Below are positions 9,680-19,541 of a stretch of 54,234 nucleotides of DNA, in pieces. This DNA comes from Dehalococcoidia bacterium (GTDB taxonomy: Bacteria > Chloroflexota > Dehalococcoidia > Dehalococcoidales > UBA1222). The stretch covers positions 1 to 54,234 of the forward strand of contig WRNG01000002.1 of the NCBI GenBank assembly GCA_009776735.1, given 5' to 3'. The notes beneath the pieces were generated by a model. The model worked only from the letters and a program-made list of their open reading frames with translations. It made no database searches and was not told the origin of the DNA. Position 1 is the first letter of the stretch. The number at the start of each line of letters is the position of its first letter. A program made the translations under genes and the position numbers.

Positions 9680-10533
9680 TCAAGTTAGCTGCTTATGGCA
9701 AAATTAATTTAACCCTTGAGGCACTGGGTAAACGAGAGGATGGATACTACGAAATTCGCAGTATCATGCAAACCATCGGTTGGCACGATATGCTTATGTT
9801 TGAGGAAAGTTCAAAGCTATCAATACAGTGTTCACAACCCGGCTGGGATGAACGGCAAAGCTTAGTCAGCAAAGCTGTCAGGTTGCTTGCTTCACATACC
9901 GGAGTACAAGCCGGAGCAAAGATCAGAATTGAGAAACGCCTTCCCCTTTCTGCTGGCTTGGGAGGTGATTCCAGCGATGCGACAGCGGTTTTACAGGGCC
10001 TTGTACAATTGTGGGGGTTGAATATTCCAAACGATGAGCTTATCAAGTTGGCTCTGGCGCTTGGTTCGGATACTCCCTTTTTTCTTAGTGGCGGGACCAT
10101 GCTGGTAAAAGGCAGAGGAGAGGTTTTGGAAGTTTTGCCTGAAATTAAGCCGTTGAATTTGGTATTGCTATTCCCGCCCGTGCCATCCCTCCCGGCCAAA
10201 ACGGCTACAATGTATTCCTTGTTGGAGTCTGCGCATCTATCACATGGAGAACACACCGATGTTGTAAAACAGCGGCTGGTCAACGAGGCAGAGATATCCT
10301 CTAAAGAGATGTTTAATGTTTTTGAAAAAGTGGCATTCTCGTCTTTTCTGTCTCTGGAATGGTATCGGAGTCAATTTCAGCGCCTGGCGGGAAGCCCCGT
10401 GCATTTGGCAGGCGCTGGGCCGACTTTATTTGCCTTGATGGAGGATGCAGAACAGGCTAATAAAACCCAGCGAGAGTTACAAGCAAATGGTTTAGGTATC
10501 AGTTGGGTTGGCGGAACACAGCCTTGCTCTTAA
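9676..10533 (+). CDS. ispE: 4-diphosphocytidyl-2-C-methyl-D-erythritol kinase
   Basis: GHMP-kinase motifs AYGKINLTL and PLSAGLGGDSSDA. ATGA overlap with the rsmA stop. Confidence 0.9.
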   Translation: MIKLAAYGKINLTLEALGKREDGYYEIRSIMQTIGWHDMLMFEESSKLSIQCSQPGWDERQSLVSKAVRLLASHTGVQAGAKIRIEKRLPLSAGLGGDSSDATAVLQGLVQLWGLNIPNDELIKLALALGSDTPFFLSGGTMLVKGRGEVLEVLPEIKPLNLVLLFPPVPSLPAKTATMYSLLESAHLSHGEHTDVVKQRLVNEAEISSKEMFNVFEKVAFSSFLSLEWYRSQFQRLAGSPVHLAGAGPTLFALMEDAEQANKTQRELQANGLGISWVGGTQPCS

Positions 10534-10551
10534 GGATGAGTAGTGAGATGT

Positions 10552-11802
10552 TTAAAGCCGGCCTACTTGCTTTGCCAGGGTTATTTCCTCTTCGCGAGTG
10601 CTGATTTTCCCATCAAGACGTGCAACAAGCAATTGATTAATGGTCTTGGCGATTGTTGGGCCCGGTTCGAATCCCATAGTGAGCAAATCTTGACCGGACA
10701 GAATCGGTTTGACATAACGCAAGCAATCAAAGAATAACAGCAGGTTATCACGGGCGGTTTTAGAACTAGTGGCAATGATGTTGGCTTTGATTGCTGTCGG
10801 ATCATACTTGGAAAGCGTGTGATAGAGACTACTCTTGAGTTGCGAATGGTTGCTTAGGTGCCTAATTGAACCTTTGATTCGTGCATTGTCTAGTATTGTC
10901 TTTGACAGGCTACGGTTCAGTTTTAGGTTTTTGACGAACTCTTGACATGCGGCTTTCCCAAATGGATATAGGAATAGAGCAAGATATAGCTCAAGGCTTG
11001 GTTTTTTCGGTAGGCTTTGTTGACGTGCTTGTGCGTACCAGGTAGACAGAGATTTACTCACTACCAATGGGGGATGGAGTGCATCCAGAAGATTTAAATC
11101 CTCTGCTCGGAAGAGTACTTTCTCCGGTAATGATTCGTTCAGTGCACATTCCATTTCATACCACTGACGCTCATGGCTGATGTTTCTTAATGCCGCCCAG
11201 TCGCGTTGTATATATGAGAGGGTATCAGGCTCGATTTGAAAGCTCAAGCGTTGCTCATAGCGTACAGCGCGCCACATACGTGTTGGGTCGTCTTGAAAGC
11301 TCCGCGGATGTAGCGTTCGAACCAGTTTTCTTTTTAGATCGGTTTGCCCATCATGTTGGTCAATTAAGTCTCCGTAATCAACCTTATTAAGTGAAACGGC
11401 CATGGCGTTGATGCTGAAATCGCGCCTGCTGAGATCCACAAAAATGTCTGCCGGCTTTACGTTCGGTAAAGCTCCGGCATAAGGATAACTTTCGCTTCTT
11501 GTACCGGCAATATCTATTTGGAAAGATGGATAAATGAGTTTGGCGGTGTTAAAAGCTGTGTGTAACTCAACTTTGCTACCGCTGGTTTGCGCAAGGGTTT
11601 TAGCCAGCGAGACGGCGTCACCTTCCAGTGCCAAATCAATGTCTGAAAAGGGCTGTTCCATCAATATATCTCGTACCGCTCCCCCTGCTAGATACAAACG
11701 CTGCTGTTTTTCTTGCGCCAGGTGTGATGCGAAAAGAATAATTTCGCAAGCTTCGGCGGGCAGGGGTTCTTTTAATCGGCTGGACAGATTATCAATGCGC
11801 AT
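10552..11802 (-). CDS. cca: tRNA nucleotidyltransferase (CCA-adding enzyme / poly(A) polymerase family)
   Basis: 416 aa. Head-domain motifs LYLAGGAVRDILM and SDIDLA, RRDFSINAM. Confidence 0.8.
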   Translation of the reverse strand: MRIDNLSSRLKEPLPAEACEIILFASHLAQEKQQRLYLAGGAVRDILMEQPFSDIDLALEGDAVSLAKTLAQTSGSKVELHTAFNTAKLIYPSFQIDIAGTRSESYPYAGALPNVKPADIFVDLSRRDFSINAMAVSLNKVDYGDLIDQHDGQTDLKRKLVRTLHPRSFQDDPTRMWRAVRYEQRLSFQIEPDTLSYIQRDWAALRNISHERQWYEMECALNESLPEKVLFRAEDLNLLDALHPPLVVSKSLSTWYAQARQQSLPKKPSLELYLALFLYPFGKAACQEFVKNLKLNRSLSKTILDNARIKGSIRHLSNHSQLKSSLYHTLSKYDPTAIKANIIATSSKTARDNLLLFFDCLRYVKPILSGQDLLTMGFEPGPTIAKTINQLLVARLDGKISTREEEITLAKQVGRL

Positions 11803-12112
11803 ACCACGGCATTATAACATAGCATTGGATACAGGTAGCGCCAGAATGGCAAATTAGCATTGGAACAGGTTGGACATAGGCAAAGAGATATACCTATGGG
11901 AATACTCATTATAGTGTCTCTTGGGCTGATTGGATTAAGGTATCAGAGATTGTTTTGGGAGCTATTTTACCTGATTCAAGAAATAGTCAAGGTGGTAGAA
12001 TGACTGAAATTGACTGTATGAGCGTACTAAGTGAGTATTACCATGACAAATTGTTATCTGTAAGCTATTCAAGCTATAATTACGGCGGTATTTTACAGGG
12101 AGATTAGGCAAA

Positions 12113-12664
12113 ATGTTGGTTGTGGCGATTGTAGGCATGGCAGGAGCCGGTAAATCTGAAGTAGCGAATATATTCGAAAGCCAAGGATATACTCGCATTC
12201 GCTTCGGAGATGTTACCGACGGGGAGCTTAAGAAAGCGGGACTTGCTGTAAGCGAAGCAAACGAACGCGCCATGCGCGAGTCTTTACGTGAGAAATATGG
12301 TATGGATGCCTATGCCAAACTGAATGTTCCAACAATAGACTCAGCACTAGGCACCTCTCCGGTGGTGGTGGATGGGTTATATTCTTGGGAGGAGTATGTT
12401 TTTCTGCGGGATTATTACAAAACGGATTTACGTGTAGTAGCTGTTTGGGCTTCTCCTGCTACACGTTGTGCCAGGTTAGCGAATCGTTCCGTAAGACCGC
12501 TAACCAGAGAAGAAACCTATTCGCGTGATACGGCTGAAATTCAGAACCTCAATAAAGGGGGGCCGATTGCGCTGGCTGATTATACTATTCTCAATGATAA
12601 ATCGCTCATTGACTTAGAGCGGAAGAGTAAAGAGATTATCGACGTCTTGAAGGAACAACCATGA
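12113..12664 (+). CDS. P-loop nucleotide kinase (dephospho-CoA-kinase-like / dNMP-kinase-like)
   Basis: 183 aa. Walker A VGMAGAGKSEV. 4-nt overlap with the downstream dCMP deaminase suggests translational coupling. Confidence 0.65.
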   Translation: MLVVAIVGMAGAGKSEVANIFESQGYTRIRFGDVTDGELKKAGLAVSEANERAMRESLREKYGMDAYAKLNVPTIDSALGTSPVVVDGLYSWEEYVFLRDYYKTDLRVVAVWASPATRCARLANRSVRPLTREETYSRDTAEIQNLNKGGPIALADYTILNDKSLIDLERKSKEIIDVLKEQP

Positions 12665-13134
12665 GCCGCCTTTCAACCGATGAGTATTTTTTAAAAGTGG
12701 CCGCTGTGGTGGCCGAACGTTCAACTTGCCTTCGGCATTATGTCGGTGCGGTAGCGGTGAAAAACAAGCACATTTTGTCGACCGGGTATAACGGAGCTCC
12801 GGCTGGCCTCGGGGATTGTTTGACGCAAGGATGTTTGCGCAATGAGCAGAATATTCCTTCAGGAACGCGCCATGAGATTTGCCGAGCGGTGCATGCCGAG
12901 CAGAATGCTATTATTCAGGCCGCATTACACGGAGTGAGTCTGGCGGGTGCGACAATTTATGTAACACATACACCATGTGTACTTTGTGCCAAGATGCTGA
13001 TTAACGCTCGCGTCGAGCGGTATGTCACTTTTGGCAAATATGCGGATGATAGTTTTCGGCAAATGTTCGCTGAGGCCGGTATTGAATTTATCAAAATGTC
13101 CGCGCCGGCGGGTGAGATTACTTTTCTGGATTAG
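12661..13134 (+). CDS. dCMP deaminase (cytidine/deoxycytidylate deaminase family)
   Basis: 157 aa. Zinc motifs HAEQNAI and PCVLCAKMLINA. Confidence 0.9.
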   Translation: MSRLSTDEYFLKVAAVVAERSTCLRHYVGAVAVKNKHILSTGYNGAPAGLGDCLTQGCLRNEQNIPSGTRHEICRAVHAEQNAIIQAALHGVSLAGATIYVTHTPCVLCAKMLINARVERYVTFGKYADDSFRQMFAEAGIEFIKMSAPAGEITFLD

Positions 13135-13175
13135 CGGTGGCTTATTAAAAAAGAGTAAGTTTGGACGGGGCATAG

Positions 13176-14095
13176 ATGGCTGTACGACGTGCCAAAGTAA
13201 TCATCAATCCTGTTGCCGGGGTTAGAAAAAACACCACCAAATGTTGGTCTCGCATTCAAAAATTACTGCAAGACGGTGGACTGGTTTTTGACGAGCAGTT
13301 CAGCCAAAAACGTGGCCACGCCAGGGACATGGCTTTTGCGGCGGTAAATGAAGGCTATGGTTTAGTGATTGCCATAGGCGGCGACGGTACTATTCATGAA
13401 GTGGCCAATGGTATTCTTTCTGCCGAGAAGAGCGAGCAAGTAGCGCTGGGGATTATCAGTACCGGAACCGGCAATGACCTCATTAAGTCGGTTGGGATTC
13501 CTAAAGACTATGCGCAAGCTTGCGAAAGAGTGCTTAAGGGCCGTGTTCACCGAATTGATGTGGGGCAAGTAGAATACACCGATTGGGAAGGGCAGCGTGT
13601 TACGCGATTCTTTATTAATGGCACCGGAGTCGGATTTGATGCCGAAGTGGCTGACGGAAGTCGTCATGTGCCGCGCTTTATGGGTAGTACGATTCCCTTT
13701 ATCCTTTCCCTCTTGAAAACCTTACCGTTTTACCGCAATAAAAAATTTGCCTGAATGTTGACGGACAGGTTCAAACCAAGCGTGTTCTCAGTGTGGTAGT
13801 TACCAACGGCGCTTATTTCGGGGGTGGGATGCGTATTGCGCCCGAAGCCTCCTTGTGTGACGGATGGCTGGATGTTGTCACTATCGGTGATTTGGGTAAA
13901 GGGAAGTTACTGCAGGCTTTTCCCCGGGTGTATAAGGGGACGCATATCACTCATCCCAAAATATACCTGGAACGCGCGAAAAAGGTTTGTATTGAGTGTG
14001 AGAATAGAATTTTACTTCAAGCCGATGGAGAATTATTGGGGAGTGGGATGGTGTCGTTTCAGGTTTTGCCCACGGCTCTTTCCATTTTGGTTTAA
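13176..14095 (+). pseudogene. YegS/BmrU-type lipid (diacylglycerol) kinase split by a frameshift at an A6 run
   Basis: ORF 13176..13754 carries the DAGK catalytic motif GGDGTIHEVANG. ORF 13793..14095 (NGAYFGGGMRIAP...DGWLDV) is the C-terminal half in the -1 frame. That -1 frame reads ...KKICLNVDGQVQTKRVLSVVVTNG straight through A6 (13740-13745). Confidence 0.8.
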
Positions 14096-14604
14096 GAGAG
14101 GTTTTCTCCTTGGTATATTCCGCTGTAGCCTCGGCTTTTTCCGCTTAGACGTAAGAAAACCAGTTGTAAAACGCGGGCATTTTTTTCTAATTTCTGACCC
14201 AGTGAGTTATGCACAACCAGCAATGACTCCGAGCGCCCTGAATAGCCGGCATCCCATACGGCGGTATGCAGACTGGAGCCGCTGCGGAGCAAGCTTGAGC
14301 GAGACAAGCCGAGAGCCATGATATCATTGGGGAGATTGACAATCTCGTTGTAGACGATACTGTAACAGCCGGGGTCCAGATGGACGATTCCGCCCGGCTC
14401 AAATTCAATTATTTGTTGGGAGGAGATTACACGGTTTTGGTTATCTAGTGATAGTTTGCCGCATGATGTGAGCCGCGAGATGCTACGTAAGCTTAAATCA
14501 AAACCATTGGTTTGTAATTGCAGATTCAGGTCCAAATAGTTTTCTATCAGCGGTGGAGAGCTTTGTATAAGAACTTGTATATCGGCCAGGGACAAAACAC
14601 TCAT
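14092..14604 (-). CDS. dCTP deaminase/dUTPase-superfamily protein (archaeal-type dUTP diphosphatase-like)
   Basis: 170 aa. Motif AVWDAGYSGRSE and overall Dcd/Dut-like pattern. 4-nt overlap with epmA. Confidence 0.7.
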   Translation of the reverse strand: MSVLSLADIQVLIQSSPPLIENYLDLNLQLQTNGFDLSLRSISRLTSCGKLSLDNQNRVISSQQIIEFEPGGIVHLDPGCYSIVYNEIVNLPNDIMALGLSRSSLLRSGSSLHTAVWDAGYSGRSESLLVVHNSLGQKLEKNARVLQLVFLRLSGKSRGYSGIYQGENLS

Positions 14605-15527
14605 ATATTTTCCTCCGAAAAAGCCCAGATTTCTTCAATGTGGGTGGCATTGCAAAAAAGCATTACAAGTCGATCCAATCCCAAAGCAATTCCGCTACAC
14701 TCGGGGAGATAATTTAGAGCTTCCAAAAATGATTCTGCTAAAGGCAATTTTTTACCTTGTTCAAGCTCAATTTGAGCAATTTCCTTTTTGAATCGCTGAC
14801 GCTGCTCACTGACATCAGTCAACTCGCTGTAGGCATTAGCGAGTTCCATTCCTCCAATATAAACCTCAGCTCTTTCAGCAAGCGCAGGTTCTCCGTATTT
14901 GAGACGGGCCAAAGAAGCCGCAGGTGCAGGGTATTCGTTAAGCACTAATGGGCGTCTTGTGTCAAGAGCCGGCAGTACCTTCAGAGCCATATCATTGTCA
15001 AAACGTTCGGCGTTATAAGATTCTGTCGGATCCCAGCCAGCCAAAGCACGGAAAGCTTCTCGAATACTTAAGCGTGGCCAAGGAGGAGAAATATCAACAG
15101 TGGTTCCTTGGTAGGTTAAGAACGGACTGGATTGAAAGGCGGTAGCAATTTCTGCTATTAACTGTTCAACATCATGAATAACTTCCGTGTAATCGGAATC
15201 GGGACGATACCATTCCAACAAATTGAACTCGGGGTTATGAAGTCGCCCCTGTTCTCCTTTGCGAAAGCAGCGACTGACTTGAAAAATTGGTCCATACCCG
15301 GCTGCGAGCAAGCGCTTCATATGTAATTCGGGAGATGTAATCAAATACCAATCATCACTTTGTTGAGCTGTAATGTTAAGCTCGGGGGCGATAGAGGGTA
15401 CCCTGATCGGAGTTTCCACTTCCAAGAAACCGCGTTGCTCAAAAAAATGGCGTACAATTGCTATAAGTTGGGAGCGGCGTTGCAGGTTGCCTTTGATTTG
15501 GGTTAAGCGCTCACGTTCAGAGGGCAT
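14601..15527 (-). CDS. epmA: EF-P-(R)-beta-lysine ligase (class II LysRS paralogue, GenX/PoxA)
   Basis: 308 aa closely following the EpmA pattern (FLEVETP, TSPELHMKRLLAAGYGPIFQVSRCFR, HNPEFNLLEWY, ELANAYSELTD, CSGIALGLDRLVML). Immediately downstream of efp. Confidence 0.9.
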   Translation of the reverse strand: MPSERERLTQIKGNLQRRSQLIAIVRHFFEQRGFLEVETPIRVPSIAPELNITAQQSDDWYLITSPELHMKRLLAAGYGPIFQVSRCFRKGEQGRLHNPEFNLLEWYRPDSDYTEVIHDVEQLIAEIATAFQSSPFLTYQGTTVDISPPWPRLSIREAFRALAGWDPTESYNAERFDNDMALKVLPALDTRRPLVLNEYPAPAASLARLKYGEPALAERAEVYIGGMELANAYSELTDVSEQRQRFKKEIAQIELEQGKKLPLAESFLEALNYLPECSGIALGLDRLVMLFCNATHIEEIWAFSEENI

Positions 15528-15530
15528 AGG

Positions 15531-16097
15531 CTACTTTTTGGCGGTGATTCTTTCTACATATGCGCCGGTGCGAGTATCAATTTTGAGCACATCACCTTCT
15601 TTGATGAAAGCGGGGACATCAATGCTGTGGCCCGTTTCCAGCTTGGCTGATTTGGTTTGTGCCGTGACAGTAGCGGTTTTAATAGCGGTGCCGGTTTCCA
15701 CAACGGCCAACTCTACGAACACCGGGATGGCGATATCAATCGGACGCTCGTCCAGAAGCTGTGCGTTTACCAGCACTCCTTCTTTAAGGAAATTGATTTT
15801 ATCCCCCATTTGTTCTTCGTTGACGAAAGTTTGTTCATAGTTGTTGGTGTTCATCAGGACATAGTGATCGCCCTCTTTGTAGAGGTATTGCATTTCCTGG
15901 TTGGAGACGCTGGCTTCATCCACTTTTTCACCGGAGTGAAAGGTAACATCCAAGGTGCTGGCATCAAGTAAATTTTTAAGGCGCAATCGATAAATAGCGC
16001 GCCCTTTTCCCGGCTTAACGAACTCGGCATTGTCCACGTTCCAAGGTTTGCCTTGGTACATGAGCTTGGTATTCTTGTGAACCTCTTCAATTTCCAT
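15531..16097 (-). CDS. efp: translation elongation factor P
   Basis: 188 aa. Conserved loop VKPGKGRA carrying the modifiable Lys. Typical length. Confidence 0.95.
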   Translation of the reverse strand: MEIEEVHKNTKLMYQGKPWNVDNAEFVKPGKGRAIYRLRLKNLLDASTLDVTFHSGEKVDEASVSNQEMQYLYKEGDHYVLMNTNNYEQTFVNEEQMGDKINFLKEGVLVNAQLLDERPIDIAIPVFVELAVVETGTAIKTATVTAQTKSAKLETGHSIDVPAFIKEGDVLKIDTRTGAYVERITAKK

Positions 16098-16241
16098 ATA
16101 ACAGTACTCTTTCTCCCCAAAAATTTAATTTTTATGTCGATATTATGCTATACATTTTAAAAAAAAAAAGCAATCGATTCAATGCTGAGAATATGACAAT
16201 CGGACTTTGGGTGACGAGGGGGCTTGTTTTGTATTTTTGAG

Positions 16242-18128
16242 CTATTGTAGCTTTCTTCCGGGACGGCGAATGTCTCCGTCGCGGCGCGTGATGCCAAGGC
16301 GGTCTAAAAATGTCAGCAAGGGAACACTGTATTTACGGCTGAATCCGAAACGCAGGTTGATTTCCTGTATGCTGATGCTCCCATTTTGTCGGAGAATATC
16401 AGTGATTAACGCGCATATTTGGTTAAAGTGTTCGGTTTCAATGAGTATGCCATCTCCCAAATCAGTAATTCGGCCGTTTTTAATGAGGTAGTAAATTACT
16501 GGCTGGCTGTTAGGAATCATTTGGTTAATCTCTTTAATTGTCGGCGGTATTTCCCTGCGGGAGGTGAATATATCAAGTATGCTCTGTTCAATGAATTTTT
16601 GTTGCGGATTGAGGACGGGTTTGCTACCGGGGAGGCACAGGGTCTCATCCACACGCACCAGTTTGCCTGTTGAGACCAGTTGTTGTACGAGAATATCAAA
16701 TACATCAAGAGGTAGCTTGACAGCCGTCTGAATTGCGATTTGGGGTGTTCCCGCATGCAACGGATTTTCTCGGTATTTTTCACTCACAAAGTCGAGAAGT
16801 TTTTGAGTACTGGTGTGCCAAAAGTCGCTTTGTATGGCGTAACCTGCGTTGACAATCAATTGATTTTGCCGTGCCAAATGCTCTGTTCGCTCGTTGATTT
16901 CAGCTTCACAAAAAGTACTGCTAAATAAAAGTTGATCAATTTTACACCAACCTTTTTTACTGACTTCACTCAGAATCAAGTCATCAAGTTTCAGCGTTAG
17001 GCGTTTTTGCAGAAAAATATGGCGAGGGGGGATTTCGGCAGTTTTTAGTTTTGAGGCCTGAGGGTCGAGCACGACCCCGCCTCCAATTGTCAAAGACGGC
17101 GATGGCCGCCTAATAATGAAACGTTCCCCGATATAAGTAGGAACCTCTTCACTGAAGCGTAGTTGAGCAGTTGTCTCCTCTCCATGCTTGAGCGTTTTCT
17201 GCCCAATGAGAATGACTCGTCCACGAAGCTCGTTGGTTTCAAGAAAAACCACCACTTCGGCCATATTTCTTAAGGGCTCTGTAATTCCTTCCAATAGCGT
17301 TAAGTGAACGTCGATATAACGGCTTTGAGCATGGGTTTGTTGAGCTGTTGTGACAACATTGCCGCGATTAATGTATTCTCGTTTAATACCAGTTAGATTT
17401 AGCGCCAGTCGTCCGCTGGCAACTTTTGATGACAACCCCTTTTTGAAACTCTGAATGCCACGTATATGGGCTTTATGTCCGGTGGGAAGTAGTCTGACAT
17501 TGTCATTGATGTTTAATTCGCCCTGCGAAAGTGTTCCGGTAACAACTATGCCGCTTCCTTTAATAACGAAAACGCGATCAATCGGTAAACGGGCTTTACC
17601 GATATTTTCTCTGGGGGTCAGTTTTTGAGCTAAACAAGAAATGGTGTTTGTTAAACAGGCAAGGCCTTCTCCGCTCCGTGCACTGACACGAACAATAGGA
17701 GCGTCTTTCAAGGTAGAATTTTCCAAGTGGGACATTATATCGGACTCAACAACTTCCAACCATTCAGGCTCGTTTACCAAATCGGTCTTATTCAAAGCTA
17801 CAATTCCCTGTTTAATACCCAACAAACTGAGTATTTGGAGATGTTCTTCAGTTTGGGGCATCCAGCCGTCGTCAGCGGCTACAACCAGTAAAGCGGCATC
17901 AATTCCGAAGAGCCCTGGAATAACATTATGAACGAATTGCTTATGGCCAGGTACGTCTATGAGCCCGATAATTGTTTTGTTTGGAAGCTCCAGCCAAGCA
18001 AAACCAAGGTCAATCGTCATTGCGCGTTTTTTTTCTTCCGGCAGACGGTCAGGGTCTATTGAAGTGAGTGCTTTGACCAATGAAGATTTTCCGTGGTCAA
18101 TATGACCAGCGGTTGCCAAAGTGAGCAT
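16242..18128 (-). CDS. selB: selenocysteine-specific translation elongation factor
   Basis: 628 aa. GTPase motifs [20 protein letters not shown], plus a long winged-helix C-terminal extension. Follows selA. Confidence 0.9.
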   Translation of the reverse strand: MLTLATAGHIDHGKSSLVKALTSIDPDRLPEEKKRAMTIDLGFAWLELPNKTIIGLIDVPGHKQFVHNVIPGLFGIDAALLVVAADDGWMPQTEEHLQILSLLGIKQGIVALNKTDLVNEPEWLEVVESDIMSHLENSTLKDAPIVRVSARSGEGLACLTNTISCLAQKLTPRENIGKARLPIDRVFVIKGSGIVVTGTLSQGELNINDNVRLLPTGHKAHIRGIQSFKKGLSSKVASGRLALNLTGIKREYINRGNVVTTAQQTHAQSRYIDVHLTLLEGITEPLRNMAEVVVFLETNELRGRVILIGQKTLKHGEETTAQLRFSEEVPTYIGERFIIRRPSPSLTIGGGVVLDPQASKLKTAEIPPRHIFLQKRLTLKLDDLILSEVSKKGWCKIDQLLFSSTFCEAEINERTEHLARQNQLIVNAGYAIQSDFWHTSTQKLLDFVSEKYRENPLHAGTPQIAIQTAVKLPLDVFDILVQQLVSTGKLVRVDETLCLPGSKPVLNPQQKFIEQSILDIFTSRREIPPTIKEINQMIPNSQPVIYYLIKNGRITDLGDGILIETEHFNQICALITDILRQNGSISIQEINLRFGFSRKYSVPLLTFLDRLGITRRDGDIRRPGRKLQ

Positions 18129-18131
18129 TTT

Positions 18132-19541
18132 TCAGACCTCAGTGTTCCAAGCCGCGGAAATAATATTGGGAAGCAGAGAGTCTTGGTCAGGGAATATGGT
18201 GCGCATATCCAAGATGACGGAATTCTTTTCTGTACGTGTAAGCAGTGGAGGGGAGGATAACCGCAATTGGCGAGAAATATTCTCGACAGAACCGCAAAGT
18301 GGTTGCAGACACAGAAGTACTGAGGGGAGGCTTTGCTCTGGCATGGTGCCACCTCCTATCATGCTAACTCCGTCGGTAACAATGGTTGGGACTCCATGTT
18401 TTTTCAAATGACGGGCAATAGCAAGTGCTCGCGTGCGCAGACTTTTTGTTTTTAAGCTAAGTAGCTGCCAAAGAGGGATAGAGGCACTGTCGCCGTTCAA
18501 ATAGCTTTTAATGGTAGCTTCCAAGGCGATGGCAGAGAGTTTATCAAGGCGGACAACGCGCATCAAAGGGTGTTTTTCCAATACGGATAGATATTTTGTT
18601 TTGCCCACAATTATGCCGGCTTGCGGACCGCCGAGTAGTTTATCGCCGCTAAAACACACCACATCCGCTCCTTCTTGCAGAGCTTCCATGACAGTTTTTT
18701 CATGCTCTAATCCGAAGGCGGCGGTATCAAGTAACACTCCGCTGCCTAAATCATAAACCAGAGGCAAATTGGATTTTTGGGCCAGGTTTGATAAATCACT
18801 AATGGAGGCTTGGCTGACAAAACCTTTTTGCACAAAATTGGATTGGTTTACTTTAATAATCATTCCGCAGTGTTCATTAATTGCCTTGCTGTAATCGGCG
18901 AGTGACGTATGGTTAGTGCTGCCAACTTCATGCAGTATGACTCCGCTTTGTTCAAGAATTTCTGGGATGCGAAACCCTCCGCCAATTTGCACCAGTTCAC
19001 CGCGAGAAACAAGGGCTTCTTGCCCGTTTGCCAGCGCTACCAAAACTAGCAGCATGGCAGCGGCGTTATTATTGACTACTATGGCATCTTCCGCACCGCA
19101 GATTTTTGCTAATATGCGCCTTAGGTGGGAAGTGCGTTTGCCACGATTTCCTTTTGCAAGGTCGCTTTCAAGATTATAATAGCGCCCGCCGAGTTTTTTT
19201 ACAGCCTCGAGTGAAGGAGAAGACAAAGGAGCTCTTCCTAAATTGGTGTGCAGAATTATGCCGGTGGCGTTTATAACCGGTTGTGAAAAACCTGGCCATT
19301 CGATTGATAGACGCCTTATAACCAAAAGAAGGATTTCTTCGGTAGAAAGTGTGAAAACTTTACTGCGCAGTCTGTTCCTTTGTTCGCTTAGCACTTGGCG
19401 TACCGCTTCAGTGACTAACGGACGCGAATAGAATGAAATATGCGGAGCAAGCGAAGGGTGTTGCAAAAGTATTTCCACTGATGGCAGCTGGTGAAGGTTA
19501 TTCTGTAATTGAGTTGATGAGACGGCATGAGATGATTTCAT
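18132..19541 (-). CDS. selA: L-seryl-tRNA(Sec) selenium transferase
   Basis: 469 aa. SelA-like throughout (INATGIILHTNLGRAPL, FSGDKLLGGPQAGII). 4-nt overlap with selD. Confidence 0.9.
   Translation of the reverse strand: MKSSHAVSSTQLQNNLHQLPSVEILLQHPSLAPHISFYSRPLVTEAVRQVLSEQRNRLRSKVFTLSTEEILLLVIRRLSIEWPGFSQPVINATGIILHTNLGRAPLSSPSLEAVKKLGGRYYNLESDLAKGNRGKRTSHLRRILAKICGAEDAIVVNNNAAAMLLVLVALANGQEALVSRGELVQIGGGFRIPEILEQSGVILHEVGSTNHTSLADYSKAINEHCGMIIKVNQSNFVQKGFVSQASISDLSNLAQKSNLPLVYDLGSGVLLDTAAFGLEHEKTVMEALQEGADVVCFSGDKLLGGPQAGIIVGKTKYLSVLEKHPLMRVVRLDKLSAIALEATIKSYLNGDSASIPLWQLLSLKTKSLRTRALAIARHLKKHGVPTIVTDGVSMIGGGTMPEQSLPSVLLCLQPLCGSVENISRQLRLSSPPLLTRTEKNSVILDMRTIFPDQDSLLPNIISAAWNTEV

Noticed and set aside
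9747-10283. A 178-aa antisense ORF within ispE. The analogous long antisense ORFs are 31491-32003 in pyrD, 41432-41977 in mgtA, and 43644-44162 and 46068-46517 in the activase fusion.
   Set aside because: The sense-strand genes match well-known families end to end. The antisense translations are Ser/Pro/Arg-rich with no recognisable motifs.
13824-14321. A 165-aa plus-strand ORF spanning the end of the lipid-kinase gene and the dUTPase-like gene.
   Set aside because: It crosses two convergent, well-supported genes in an alternative frame. The Cys/Arg/Trp-rich translation looks non-coding.
16159-16169. An A11 (T11 on the coding strand) tract between selB and efp, considered as a terminator tail or slippage site.
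   Set aside because: Only a weak 5-bp stem with a ~20-nt loop precedes it on the minus strand. It is intergenic, so there is no frameshift consequence.
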